64,000 nt of DNA from Candidatus Multivoradales bacterium (GTDB lineage: Bacteria > Acidobacteriota > Thermoanaerobaculia > Multivoradales > JAHEKO01). This document shows, in pieces, positions 28,089 through 39,623 of the stretch. Position numbers and translations under genes: made by a program. The first letter of the stretch is position 1. Each line of letters starts with the position of its first letter. The stretch lies in the NCBI GenBank assembly GCA_965248055.1, contig CBDFIJ010000004.1:2944001-3008000 (forward strand), given 5' to 3'. Below the pieces are notes generated by a model. The model was not told where the DNA came from and searched no databases. It saw only the letters and a program-made list of their open reading frames with translations.

Positions 28089-29084
28089 CTAGAATAATTC
28101 CAGTTTCCACAGGTCGTGGAGGTGGACGATGCCTTCGAGTTTGTCGTCTCCATCGATGACGAACAGTGAGGTGATGCGATGGGTCTCGAGCTCATGCAGG
28201 GCCTTGGACGCCAACTGATCCGGGGTGATGGTCTTGGGTGTCGGCAGCATCACTTGGTTGGCCGGAGTGGCGAGATCTACCGAACCCCCTTCCATCCGTC
28301 GACGCAGGTCGCCATCGGAAAAGCATCCCAGCAATTCGCCGTTCTCGTTGACCACCGCCGCAATGCCCAAGCCTTTGCGCGACATTTCGTAGATCACCTG
28401 GCTGAGAGGCGTGCGTTCTTCGACCTGTGGCAGTTGGTCGCCGGAACGCATCATTTCGCCAACCGTGAGTAGACGTCGTCCCAAGTGACCACCTGGGTGC
28501 AAGCGAGCGAAGTCATTGTGGGAAAAGCCACGATGTTCGAGCAGCGCCATCGCCAGCGCGTCACCGAGCGCCAGGGTGGCGGTGGTCGAGGCGGTGGGCG
28601 CCAAATTCAAGGGGCAGGCTTCGCGGCCGATGGCGATTGATAGATGAATGTCCGCAGAGCGGGCCAAGGGACTCTCGGGATCACCGGTGAGGATGATCAG
28701 GGGCACGGCGAGCCGTTTTAGGACCTCGACCAAACGCATCAACTCTTCGGTCTTGCCGGAGAACGAGGCGGCGATCACCACATCGCCTTCGCCGATCACC
28801 CCAATGTCACCGTGGATCGCCTCCGCAGGATGGAGAAACAGCGCTGGTGTTCCGGTGGAGGAAAGCGTCGCGGCCACCTTGCGCAGGATCAAGCCGCTTT
28901 TGCCCATGCCGGTGCATACCACTCTGCCGGAGACGGCGTGCAGCAACTCCACCGCCCGATCAAAAGACTCGTCCAGGTGATCCACCAGTCCAGCCAGCGC
29001 CTTGGACTCGGTCTCGATAACCTCGCGGGCGACCTCGCGCGGAGTCCGCTTGCGTTCGCCGGTGGATGCGGAGGGATCAGTCAT
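28089..29084 (-). CDS. kdsD: Arabinose-5-phosphate isomerase (KpsF/GutQ)
   Basis: GMGKSG, HPAEAIHGD, APTAST and HPGG motifs, plus a CBS pair. Confidence 0.93.
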   Translation of the reverse strand: MTDPSASTGERKRTPREVAREVIETESKALAGLVDHLDESFDRAVELLHAVSGRVVCTGMGKSGLILRKVAATLSSTGTPALFLHPAEAIHGDIGVIGEGDVVIAASFSGKTEELMRLVEVLKRLAVPLIILTGDPESPLARSADIHLSIAIGREACPLNLAPTASTTATLALGDALAMALLEHRGFSHNDFARLHPGGHLGRRLLTVGEMMRSGDQLPQVEERTPLSQVIYEMSRKGLGIAAVVNENGELLGCFSDGDLRRRMEGGSVDLATPANQVMLPTPKTITPDQLASKALHELETHRITSLFVIDGDDKLEGIVHLHDLWKLELF

Positions 29085-29925
29085 GAGGGAGATCATGAAT
29101 CAAGCTATGAATCCGAGCAACATCCTCGATCAACTGTGCTGCCCGGTCCGGGAGCAGTTGGGTGGTGGCGTCGGAAAGTGCGTTGCCTGGATCAGGGTGT
29201 ACCTCAAGGTAGAGCCCAGATGCACCCGCGGCCACCGCCGCACGCGCTAAAGGCTCCGCGTACTGTCGGACACCGCCGGTGCGATTTCCTTCGGCGGTCG
29301 GCAGTTGCAGTGAATGAGTGACGTCGAAAATCACCGGCACTCCGTGCTCCTGCAACTGGGGGATGCCACGCATGTCTACAACCAGGTTGTGATAGCCAAA
29401 CGAAGCGCCACGCTCGGTGACACTGACGCGATCATTGCCGGTTGAGCGCACCTTGTCGATCGCTCGCAACATGTCCTCGGGAGCCATGAACTGGCCCTTC
29501 TTGATGTTGATGGAACGTCCGGTGGCACCGGCTGCTAGCAAGAGGTCGGTCTGTCGGCAGAGAAAAGCCGGGATCTGCAGTACTTGGCAAACTTCTGCGG
29601 CTGCGGCGCACTGTTCCGGAAGATGGACGTCGGTCAAAAGCGGCAGTCCGGTTTCTTGGCCGACCTCAGCCAACACCCCCAATCCTTCGCTCAGGCCCGG
29701 CCCGCGATAGCTGTCGCCCGAACTGCGGTTGGCTTTGTCGTAGGAAGCCTTGAAGATGACCGGAAGGTTCAAACGCTGACCGGTTTCGAACAGCCACTCG
29801 GCCACCGCGAGGGTGGTTTCTCGGTTTTCGATGACGCACGGCCCGGCGATCACCGGAAGCCGATCACCACCGATCGCCACGTCCGTTGTCAGTTGGTAGC
29901 CAACCACCGAGCTTGATTCTGTCAA
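29077..29925 (-). CDS. kdsA: KDO 8-phosphate synthase
   Basis: AGPCVIE (Cys, metal-dependent class), KASYDKANRSS, QIPAFLCRQT and NIKKGQF. Confidence 0.95.
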   Translation of the reverse strand: MTESSSVVGYQLTTDVAIGGDRLPVIAGPCVIENRETTLAVAEWLFETGQRLNLPVIFKASYDKANRSSGDSYRGPGLSEGLGVLAEVGQETGLPLLTDVHLPEQCAAAAEVCQVLQIPAFLCRQTDLLLAAGATGRSINIKKGQFMAPEDMLRAIDKVRSTGNDRVSVTERGASFGYHNLVVDMRGIPQLQEHGVPVIFDVTHSLQLPTAEGNRTGGVRQYAEPLARAAVAAGASGLYLEVHPDPGNALSDATTQLLPDRAAQLIEDVARIHSLIHDLPHD

Positions 29926-29952
29926 TGTTTCAAGTCCCTGAATTTAAGCCGT

Positions 29953-31623
<1,671 letters not shown>

Positions 31624-31637
31624 TCAACCCTATCGAC

Positions 31638-32486
31638 TCACACATTGTTCGGTTCGGCATCGCCCGACGCGAAATCACCCAAGCTCCGATTTGGAGGATT
31701 CTCGTCAAGGTAGTTTTCCACACGTTGGATGTCTTCGGGGGTATCAACTCCCAGAGCGGGGGCATCGTGCATCAACACCCGGATCGGAATTCCGTGGGAG
31801 AGCGCCCGAAGTTGCTCCAACCCCTCGGTGATCTCCAACTCGGTCTGCGGTAGCGCGCTCAACTGCATCAAAGTCTTGTGTCGGTAGCCGTAGATCCCGA
31901 TATGGCGCAGCACATGATTGCGGCTACCCTGAGCAAAAGGGATCGTCGAGCGGCTGAAATACAGTGCGCGCGACTCCAGGTCGCAGACCACTTTAACCAC
32001 ATGCGGACTGTCAACGTCCGCTCTGGATCGGGACTCGGGTTGATCGACCGGCTCGGCACTGGCTAGCGTCACCAAGACATCACTGGTGGAGCGCAGGTGG
32101 TCGGCGATCTTTCCGATCGCCACGGGGTCGATCAGGGGTTCGTCGCCCTGAATGTTGATCACCGCGTCGCAATCCCATTGGCCGGCGGCAAAGGCGATGC
32201 GGTCGGTTCCGGTGGCGCACGCTTCGGGAGTCATTTCGACCTCACCGCCGAATCCGGTGACCGCGTCGGCGATCCTGGAATCGTCGGTCAGTACCACCAC
32301 ACGATCTAAACCCGCCTGGCAAGACCTGCGATACACGTGCTCGATCATCGATCGCCCAGCGATCTTGGCTAGGGGTTTGCCAGGGAAGCGGCTTGAAGCG
32401 AAACGGGCTGGAATTGCGCCGAATACGGTGACCGCCCTGGATTGGGTTCTGACTGCCTTGACAGGCGTGATTTCGCTGGAGTGCAC
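31638..32486 (-). CDS. kdsB: CMP-KDO synthetase
   Basis: IPARFASSRFPGKPL, NIQGDEP and EGLEQLRAL. Start placed at GTG 32486, just after a -10 box. Confidence 0.93.
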   Translation of the reverse strand: MHSSEITPVKAVRTQSRAVTVFGAIPARFASSRFPGKPLAKIAGRSMIEHVYRRSCQAGLDRVVVLTDDSRIADAVTGFGGEVEMTPEACATGTDRIAFAAGQWDCDAVINIQGDEPLIDPVAIGKIADHLRSTSDVLVTLASAEPVDQPESRSRADVDSPHVVKVVCDLESRALYFSRSTIPFAQGSRNHVLRHIGIYGYRHKTLMQLSALPQTELEITEGLEQLRALSHGIPIRVLMHDAPALGVDTPEDIQRVENYLDENPPNRSLGDFASGDAEPNNV

Positions 32487-32491
32487 GATCA

Positions 32492-32520
32492 AATCTACGT
32501 GACTGTCGCGGTGGGGTCAA
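32492..32520 (-). promoter_or_regulatory. Sigma70 promoter for the kdsB-pyrG-kdsA-kdsD-kdsC operon
   Basis: TTGACC-17 bp-TAGATT on the minus strand. Confidence 0.6.
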
Positions 32521-32787
32521 ATCTGGAAGTTGTCAAGCCAGAGGAAGCTCCCGATAGCCGGTGTAACGAGTTGCCTTGCGTGGCGGACATCTTGCGACCT
32601 ACGGTCGTTGTTTGATTGGGATGAGGGGCGCTGGATCGGAACTAGGTCGCTGGTTGACCAGGAAGCACCAATAAGAGAAACCGCCCAACGGTCTTAGCAA
32701 GGTCGGTCTCAAGGCGGTGTCGCATGGGCGCGGAGATCGGGTTTTTGGCGCATCTGGAGTGCGGGGAGCGTGCTAGATTGCGTTGCC

Positions 32788-33933
32788 ATGAGCTCCAGAA
32801 GCCGATTCCGTTTGTGGCAATTGCTGGCAGTATGCGGTGTGGCCGTTGTGCTGTTCGCTTTGATTGATTCTTGGCGCCTGCAGTCAGCGAGCGACCATCA
32901 GCCGACCGGCAGTGCCGAGTGGATCTGGGGGCGGCGTATGGAAGCTCCCGCGGCCTTCTTTATGGTCCGCGATTTCGAAATTGCAGAGAGCGTTGAACCA
33001 ACTGCCGAGAGTGCCGAGCTACAGATCCTGGCGGACGAGTCCTACACCGCATACCTGAATGGGCAACGTATCGGCTCCAATCGCTATCGTGCCGGTGCTG
33101 CGGTCGACCGTTATTTGGTACACCAGTTCTTGCGCCGGGGAGCCAACCGGATTGCGGTGTTGGTGGATCTCACACGTTTGCGCGGTGGCCTGTTGGCGCG
33201 GGTAGTGCGCGTGGATGCCGATGGTTCGAAGGAGGAATTGGTGGTTACCGACGAAGATTGGTCGGTGTTGCCAGAAAGTGCGGGGCCAAAATTTAGCAAT
33301 CCCAAACATCCTTTGCGACCGCTGCCTACTGTGGTGAGCCTCGGTCGTCCTCCGATTGGTCGTTGGGGTTGGCTGAAGCTTGGTGAACACCTCCGGACAC
33401 TGCTGCCCGATCAACAGCTGCTACGGCCAGACGGCACGGTGGCGTCCGCCGCGCGCCCGGCTAGCTATCGAGATCGTTCTGGGGTTTGGCACAACCTGCC
33501 GGCTCGCGCCCGTCGTCGGCCACTAGGGGATTGGGTCGAGTTTTCCTGGGATCAAGAGCAAACCGGTTTCTTTGGCATCCGACACCAGGCGAGCGAGCCG
33601 CCGGTGGGGTTGGTCTATTTGGGGATAGAACCACCCAACCCGGGAGTCGACGCTGCGGACTTGATCGTGGTCGGCCTCAAGAACCGGCAAACTTGGGAAG
33701 ACTCAGTGGTTCGCCGTTTTCGTTACGCCCTGGTTCTGGGGATTCCGTCGATTGTCGACGCCCGGGTGCATCGAACCAAACCGGAAGTCAGTGAACTCTG
33801 GGAACGGGAGCGAACTGGCGTGTTTTCGGTGGCGCCTCCTGCGGCAGGAGCTCGCTTACGATCGGCGGTGGAGGACGAAGTCTGGCGCCGCCTCGAGGGC
33901 ATTTCGCGCGCTGCTAGCGGGGATCTTGGATAA
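32788..33933 (+). CDS. Membrane-anchored protein with alpha-L-rhamnosidase N-terminal-like beta-sandwich
   Basis: N-terminal TM; AEWIW, ADESYTAYLNG, LRRGANRIAV and VTDEDW. No catalytic (alpha/alpha)6 domain apparent. Confidence 0.65.
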   Translation: MSSRSRFRLWQLLAVCGVAVVLFALIDSWRLQSASDHQPTGSAEWIWGRRMEAPAAFFMVRDFEIAESVEPTAESAELQILADESYTAYLNGQRIGSNRYRAGAAVDRYLVHQFLRRGANRIAVLVDLTRLRGGLLARVVRVDADGSKEELVVTDEDWSVLPESAGPKFSNPKHPLRPLPTVVSLGRPPIGRWGWLKLGEHLRTLLPDQQLLRPDGTVASAARPASYRDRSGVWHNLPARARRRPLGDWVEFSWDQEQTGFFGIRHQASEPPVGLVYLGIEPPNPGVDAADLIVVGLKNRQTWEDSVVRRFRYALVLGIPSIVDARVHRTKPEVSELWERERTGVFSVAPPAAGARLRSAVEDEVWRRLEGISRAASGDLG

Positions 33934-34938
33934 CGCTTCGAGTGCATTTTGTCCGTGTTGCTCGGCGATTTGGGTTGCCTGTTCCACGGTTCCTTCTCGG
34001 GCAATAATGTCCAGGACTTGCTCCGCTGGAATTCGGTCAAAGCTACGGTCTTTCATCACCTGGAAAATGCGCTGGCGTTCTTGATCGCTGATTTTTGGCA
34101 GCGACAATAGAACGGGCAAGGTCAGTTTGCCTTCACGGAGATCAGCCAAGGAAGGCTTGCCAAGATCGTCACTGACGGCGGTGAAGTCGAGCAGGTCGTC
34201 TTTGAGCTGGAAGCAAAGGCCCAGCTCCATACCATAGCTACGCAGGGAATCGCCTAGCTCTGACGATTGGCGGGCTGAGTCAGGGTCGATGAGTGTGGGT
34301 ACCTGGCAGGCAGCCGCGAACAGATGTGCAGTCTTGCGGCGGATAATGCGGTAGTACTCATCCAGCGTGAGATCGGGGGCGCCCAGCCGCTCCAACGTGA
34401 GTAACTCACCTTCGGTCATTTTCAGAGTTGCTTCGACCAAAGTGCGAATGACGTCGACGCGATCATGGCGCAGAGCCAGATGCATAGCGGTGGTGTAGAT
34501 CCAGTCGCCGAGCAACACAGTTCGGCTGTTGCCCCATTTTTGATTGGGAGTTGCTTGTCCTCGCCGTAACCCGGAGTGATCAACGACATCGTCGTGTACC
34601 AGGGTGGCGGTGTGGATCAGTTCGACCACGGCGGCATAGGTGACCGCCTCCTCGCCCAGGCGGTCGATAGCCCTGGCAACTAGCAGCAGCAGTGCTGGAC
34701 GCACTCTCTTGCCGCCCCCGGCGGCTATGTAGGTCCCGGCGTCATCGATGAAAGAAACGTCGGACGCCAAGCGGGCGCGGAACAGCTCTTCGACTTGTTC
34801 TAACTCGCTGGCGATCAGTGGCAAAAATGCCGCGGTGCCAGACACGGATGCACTTTGGGAGGGGACCTCACTGGACGTCACAGGACTAGATAACTCCGTC
34901 GCCGATGGCGGAGTTGCGATGGTTGATTCAGAAGCCAT
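33856..34938 (-). CDS. ispB: Polyprenyl diphosphate synthase (IspB-like)
   Basis: GGKRVRP, LVHDDVVD..LRRG, KTA and FQLKDDLLD. Confidence 0.9.
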   Translation of the reverse strand: MASESTIATPPSATELSSPVTSSEVPSQSASVSGTAAFLPLIASELEQVEELFRARLASDVSFIDDAGTYIAAGGGKRVRPALLLLVARAIDRLGEEAVTYAAVVELIHTATLVHDDVVDHSGLRRGQATPNQKWGNSRTVLLGDWIYTTAMHLALRHDRVDVIRTLVEATLKMTEGELLTLERLGAPDLTLDEYYRIIRRKTAHLFAAACQVPTLIDPDSARQSSELGDSLRSYGMELGLCFQLKDDLLDFTAVSDDLGKPSLADLREGKLTLPVLLSLPKISDQERQRIFQVMKDRSFDRIPAEQVLDIIAREGTVEQATQIAEQHGQNALEALSKIPASSARNALEAAPDFVLHRRS

Positions 34939-34982
34939 GGTGCTGGGCCGGCTGTTGCCGCCGGATGATCGGATTATACGAG

Positions 34983-35666
34983 TCAGTAGTCACCTTCCAC
35001 CCATTCAATCTCCGGGGGAAGGAATCGAGGGTCTCTCGCTGGCAGTAATTCTCCGGCGGCAAACTCGAACGCAGTCTCACTGCCTTCTTCGTCTTCATAT
35101 TCGAACCGGGTCGGCAACCCGGTCCTCAGATCGACGGTGATCTCGGCTACGGCAAAGCCCGCATTAGCTGATCCGGTTGTCTCAGAGGGGGATATGCGCA
35201 CCGCCGAATAATCGCCGTTGATCGAGACTTTGGTTGCCCGATACTTGTTTCTTAGTTCAGCCATCGGCGCCAACCACAATTCAAAGGCGCCCGACTGCTC
35301 TCCGTCCAGGTGCAAACGCCGCCCGGAATCTTCGCCCTGATTCCACACCATAACCGTTCGATCACACAGCAGGTAACTGCGAGGATCCGGCTGGTGATAG
35401 TCCCAGCGCAGGCAATCGGGCAGATCAAAGGAGACCACTCCGGTTTCCAAATCACCGGAGCTGAATCCCGCCGGGACGAAGGTCTGCTGAAAGGGGACTG
35501 CGCGGGCAGACTGAGCCAAAGCGTTGCGTGTCGCGGTCAGTGCGTTCCAGGCAGTGTCAGCTTCTGTATCGAGACCACCTGCTTGCCCCTGAACCGCCGC
35601 CGCATTCAGACAAAGGGCCAGCAACACGGTTGTTGCAATGGCAAATAGGGGAGTTGACTGGGGCAT
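34983..35666 (-). CDS. lolA: Outer-membrane lipoprotein carrier LolA-like protein
   Basis: Signal peptide; FQQT, P..LRWDY..P and D..G.ET.F.F pattern. Confidence 0.7.
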   Translation of the reverse strand: MPQSTPLFAIATTVLLALCLNAAAVQGQAGGLDTEADTAWNALTATRNALAQSARAVPFQQTFVPAGFSSGDLETGVVSFDLPDCLRWDYHQPDPRSYLLCDRTVMVWNQGEDSGRRLHLDGEQSGAFELWLAPMAELRNKYRATKVSINGDYSAVRISPSETTGSANAGFAVAEITVDLRTGLPTRFEYEDEEGSETAFEFAAGELLPARDPRFLPPEIEWVEGDY

Positions 35667-35695
35667 GGAGATTTTCTTCGAGTGGAGTGTTAGAA

Positions 35696-37219
35696 CTAGT
35701 GGCGAAAGTGTCGTCGCCCGGTCATCATCATTGCCACCCCGAGTCGATTCGCAGTGGCGATCACTTCGTCATCTCGGCGGCTTCCGCCGGGCTGCACCAC
35801 GGCCGTCACCCCGGCTTGGGCCAAGGTTTCCAAACCGTCGGCGAACGGGAAGAAGGCATCGGAGGCAGCGCAAGTGCCCTGCAAGTCGATCGTCGCTTTG
35901 TCGATGGCGATACGGCAGGAGTCAACCCGGCTCATCTGTCCCGCGCCAATGCCGACGGTTTGCTCGGCGTTGGCCAGGACGATGGCATTGGAACGCACCG
36001 CACCACAGACCGTCCAAGCGAGGCGCATTGCGTCGAGTTCCTCCTGGCTCGGTTGGCGTTCGGTTGCCACCGACCAGGATTCTGCTTTGTCGCTGATGGA
36101 ATCTCGCTGCTGTGTCAGGAGGCCACCGTCGATCGATCGATATTCAACTCCAGTCGCAGGTTCGATCGGGCATTGGATCAAACGCAGATTGGCCTTCTTG
36201 CCGAATAAGGCCAGTGCGTCGGAGGTAAATGTCGGGGCAACGATCACTTCGACAAATAGGCTTTGCAAGGCTGCCGCCAGCGACGGGTCGACAGGCCGAT
36301 TGACTCCAATTACCGATCCAAAGGCACTCACCGGGTCGCAGGCGAGCGCTCGTTGATAGGCATCTTCCAGGTCAGTGGCCAAGCCGACACCACAGGGGTT
36401 GTTGTGCTTGACGATGGCCACGCAGGGTTGTGCAAAGGAGGCAGCCAAAGAGCGTGCAGCGTCTAGGTCCAGGAAGTTGTTGTAGGACAGTTGTTTGCCC
36501 TGAAGCTGCTGATAGCCGCCCAGCAATTCCTGATCCGCAAGGCGGTAGACCGCGGCCAATTGGTGCGGATTCTCTCCGTAGCGGGGCACGAGTTCCCGTC
36601 GCAGGTTGAGAGTCAGCTCGGTCGGTAGCTCGGAGCCATCGGTCGCGGCCATCCAGTCGGCGATTTCCCGGTCATAAGCTGTAGTGTGCTGGAAGGCCTT
36701 GGTCGCCAGTTCGGTTCGCAGAGCATGGGATCGGTGCTGGTCACCCTCTCGCAGCGCATTCAGGATCTGGGAGTAGTCCGCAGGATCGACCACCACCCAA
36801 ACGGTTGCATGATTCTTCGCCGCTGCGCGGATCATGGTCGGACCGCCGATATCGATCATTTCGATGCAAGCGTCACGATCGGCCCCCGAGGCCACGGTTT
36901 GGCGAAACGGATAGAGGTTGACCGCGACCAGATCAATCGGGCTCATTCCTTGGCGGTCGAGTTCCGCTTGATGGGTCTCTTTGCTGCGGTCCGACAAGAT
37001 CCCGGCGTGAATCGCCGGGTGCAGAGTCTTGACCCGACCATCGAGGATCTCGGGAAATCCGGTTACTGCGCTGACTGCAGTAACCGCCACTCCTTGCTCG
37101 GTGAGTTGTCGCGCGGTGCCGCCGGTGGACAAGATTTCAAAGCCCAGTTCTTGCAACCCTTGAGCAAATCCCCTCACCTGCTTTTTGTCAAAAACAGAAA
37201 TCAGCGCGCGTCGGGTCAT
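35696..37219 (-). CDS. purH: Bifunctional AICAR transformylase / IMP cyclohydrolase
   Basis: RALISVFDK, IDIGGPTMIRAAAKN, RYGENPHQ, KHNNPCG and ASDAFFPF. Confidence 0.97.
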   Translation of the reverse strand: MTRRALISVFDKKQVRGFAQGLQELGFEILSTGGTARQLTEQGVAVTAVSAVTGFPEILDGRVKTLHPAIHAGILSDRSKETHQAELDRQGMSPIDLVAVNLYPFRQTVASGADRDACIEMIDIGGPTMIRAAAKNHATVWVVVDPADYSQILNALREGDQHRSHALRTELATKAFQHTTAYDREIADWMAATDGSELPTELTLNLRRELVPRYGENPHQLAAVYRLADQELLGGYQQLQGKQLSYNNFLDLDAARSLAASFAQPCVAIVKHNNPCGVGLATDLEDAYQRALACDPVSAFGSVIGVNRPVDPSLAAALQSLFVEVIVAPTFTSDALALFGKKANLRLIQCPIEPATGVEYRSIDGGLLTQQRDSISDKAESWSVATERQPSQEELDAMRLAWTVCGAVRSNAIVLANAEQTVGIGAGQMSRVDSCRIAIDKATIDLQGTCAASDAFFPFADGLETLAQAGVTAVVQPGGSRRDDEVIATANRLGVAMMMTGRRHFRH

Positions 37220-38070
37220 CAATCGAGTTTCTCACTGGCCTCGAGGGAGGCACTGGTTTGGGAAATGGTATTGATTTGCGAGAAGGCTGTGGATTGGGAA
37301 GGGGCACTGGTCTGAGCGCTTGCGGTGGGACCGGACTGCGCACCCCTGGCCGGGAGAATGCGCAAGTCGGCACCTCCGGCGTCGATCCAGATATCACGCA
37401 ACGCCAAGCCGACGTCGGTAATCGCGTGACTGAAGGCGAGCGCCGAGACGCCAAAAGCGCTGGAACGGTCATCAAATTTTCGCGCTCCGGGGGGACCGCC
37501 GACGCGCCGATATTCCGTTTCCAGAACTGTTCTGTAGCGTCGACCCCGGGCGCTTGCGCCCTTGACCACAGTTGCCAACCCTGAACCGGACTCGAGTTGT
37601 GGAATCAGTCCGTAGAAGACTGGCCGGAAACGATTGCGGGCACTGTCCACGTAACCCAAGTAGTCGGTGTAATTGGGGGTCCGCCCCCCAGCGTGGTACG
37701 GATTGTTGGCGTAGGCCACCCAGTAAGAGATCTTGCCCATCTGCTCGATGACGTCAGCGAACGGAACATGTTGTTGGATCATCGCCACGGCGCGTTGGGC
37801 TTCTCGCTCGATCAAGGTTCCGACCGAGCCGCTACCCAAGGAAGCCCCTCGCTCGACCCCGGTACGAAACGCTGCCTGGTGCTTTTCAATTTGCCGCGCC
37901 AAGTCCGGCGGGACCACGGCTTTGGCTTGCTCGGCGATTGCCTGTTGTGAGTTCTTAGTCCAAGCGTAGGTACCAGAGCTTGTCCACAGCGCCGAGCACA
38001 ACAGCAGCATCACGACTCGACCAGAACGGAGTCTAATTGTCCGTTCGCCGCTAGTACTCACCAAGATCAT
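37219..38070 (-). CDS. Secreted protein, possibly a degenerate Zn-phospholipase C / S1-P1 nuclease fold
   Basis: Signal peptide ending TYA|W, then mature W....Q.I...A...P; helical composition. Confidence 0.55.
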   Translation of the reverse strand: MILVSTSGERTIRLRSGRVVMLLLCSALWTSSGTYAWTKNSQQAIAEQAKAVVPPDLARQIEKHQAAFRTGVERGASLGSGSVGTLIEREAQRAVAMIQQHVPFADVIEQMGKISYWVAYANNPYHAGGRTPNYTDYLGYVDSARNRFRPVFYGLIPQLESGSGLATVVKGASARGRRYRTVLETEYRRVGGPPGARKFDDRSSAFGVSALAFSHAITDVGLALRDIWIDAGGADLRILPARGAQSGPTASAQTSAPSQSTAFSQINTISQTSASLEASEKLD

Positions 38071-38094
38071 CGGGCACTCACCAACATCATTGGG
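38056..38094. repeat. 20-bp-period tandem duplication over the start codon region
   Basis: ACTCACCAAGATCATCGGG-C-ACTCACCAACATCATTGGG. Confidence 0.7.
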
Positions 38095-38149
38095 AGATTG
38101 TATCGATGGATGGGGAGGCTGTTGAAAGGCCAGCTACTAATAACAGGGG

Positions 38150-38226
<77 letters not shown>

Positions 38227-38254
38227 CAGATTTCACGATGTGAAACCCAAGCGG

Positions 38255-38283
38255 TTTTTAGCAGCCGTCTGGGGTTCCGTCAA
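38255..38283 (-). promoter_or_regulatory. Promoter for tRNA-Phe
   Basis: TTGACG-17 bp-TAAAAA with a TG extension. Confidence 0.6.
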
Positions 38284-38292
38284 GTGTTTGTC

Positions 38293-39330
38293 CTAGATCA
38301 GTACCTTTGAGACAGTCGGCGGGAGCACGACCCCTGGGTCGAGCTTTAGAAGGTACCTTGCCGGGGGTTTTCTTTTCAAGCTCTTGTGCGGCCTGTAGGT
38401 GTTGTAAAGGTCCTGGAATCTCTGGATGTAAGGTCTCAAAGCCGAGACAGTATCGGGTAGCTCTTACATTTCATAAAACTCTCCTCTCCAGGTTTCCTGC
38501 ATTCGTTCGACGGTGCGGTTGAGCTTCGGACTCTTTGGCGGCAGCACATAGAGGGTGATGCCTCTATCTCGGCAGGCTTTCTCAAATTCATCCATAAATT
38601 CACTACCACCGTCCACTTGGATCGAGGTGATGTCAAACGGACACTCGGCAATGACTTTGTCTAGAAAGCGTGCTGCACAGCGAGAAGTGGCACGTTGATA
38701 GATCTCTCCCACTGTCCACCGGCTGACCGGACAGGAGGCTGAAAAGTGTTTGAGCCACTTGCCTGGAGCAGGGACCAGATGCAGCGTGTCGATCTGCAGT
38801 CGCTCGCCAGGGCGCGTTGGTCGGGGACACCATTTCGGCAGTCGCTGAGCGTGGAGCCGGCGCATACGCCGGGAGTTTTTGTACTTCTGGCGCCGGTAGC
38901 GTACCCGGTGGATTACCCCTCGATCCATTAGTTTGCGCAAGATACGCCCGACGGTGGCTTCTGATACCTCAAAGCCCTCGCCCTGGATCAGCGGCGCTAG
39001 GGTTTCCTTGCCCCAGGCAGGAAAGTCTCGACGGAGACTTTCGACTCTCTGTACCAATTCAGGTGACCAGTCAGCCTTACGCACCCGCTTGGGTCGGCTT
39101 GAGATCGGTTCTAGATGTCGGGGGCCACGCTCAAGGCGTTTGCGCCAGCGGTAAAGGGTAGCTCGACTCTTGCCCAAGATCTGAGCTGCTTCTTCACCCG
39201 AGATCCCCTTGTCGCGTAGTTGCTCGAAGCTCGCAACCAAGCGCAGCCGATCACGAGCCTGAGAGCTTAAGACAACGATGTCTTCACGGTAGTACTTGTA
39301 GAAACTTGGATCGAGTGCGACGATTTGCAT
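38293..39330 (-). pseudogene. IS481-family transposase with a premature stop (288 aa versus 345 aa)
   Basis: TAT>TAA at 38464-38466 relative to copy 2; also NGTVER>NRTVER. Confidence 0.88.
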
Positions 39331-39399
39331 CTGGGGGCCTCCCTTCGTTTTGGGTTATTCGATAGACCCGAAGGATCTTGGCCCCCTTTTTACTTGTCA

Positions 39400-39497
39400 A
39401 GGCTGTGGATGATGATGGGCTGGTGCAAAGCCAGCTACGCTTGCCTTCCCACAGCCCTTGGAAATCTCTCACGAGATTCCCACATCCCCCACAGCCT
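39400..39497. other. Structured multi-hairpin element in the IS leader
   Basis: Outer stem AGGCTGTGG..GATG.TGGG / CCCA-CATC..CCACAGCCT enclosing GCTGG/CCAGC and ATCTC/GAGAT hairpins. Confidence 0.7.
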
Positions 39498-39623
39498 CGG
39501 CGACTAACGGCGCTGTCTCACAGGTGTTTGATCTAGGTCAGTTTTGCGGTTCGACTGCAATCTTGGGTGACGCAAGCGGTCGAAAATGGAGAAAGTAGGG
39601 TATCTGATTGCAACAGCGGATCA

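Larger units (their letters stand above)
38289..39540 (-). mobile_element. IS481-family insertion sequence, copy 1 (1252 bp)
   Basis: 12-bp IRs TGTCCTAGATCA / TGACCTAGATCA; about 10 substitutions versus 55120-56371 by eye. Confidence 0.92.

Noticed and set aside
38461-38470. Programmed readthrough or frameshift in IS copy 1
   Set aside because: It is a single TAT>TAA substitution versus the intact copy with no slippery site; simple inactivation or a sequencing error is more likely.
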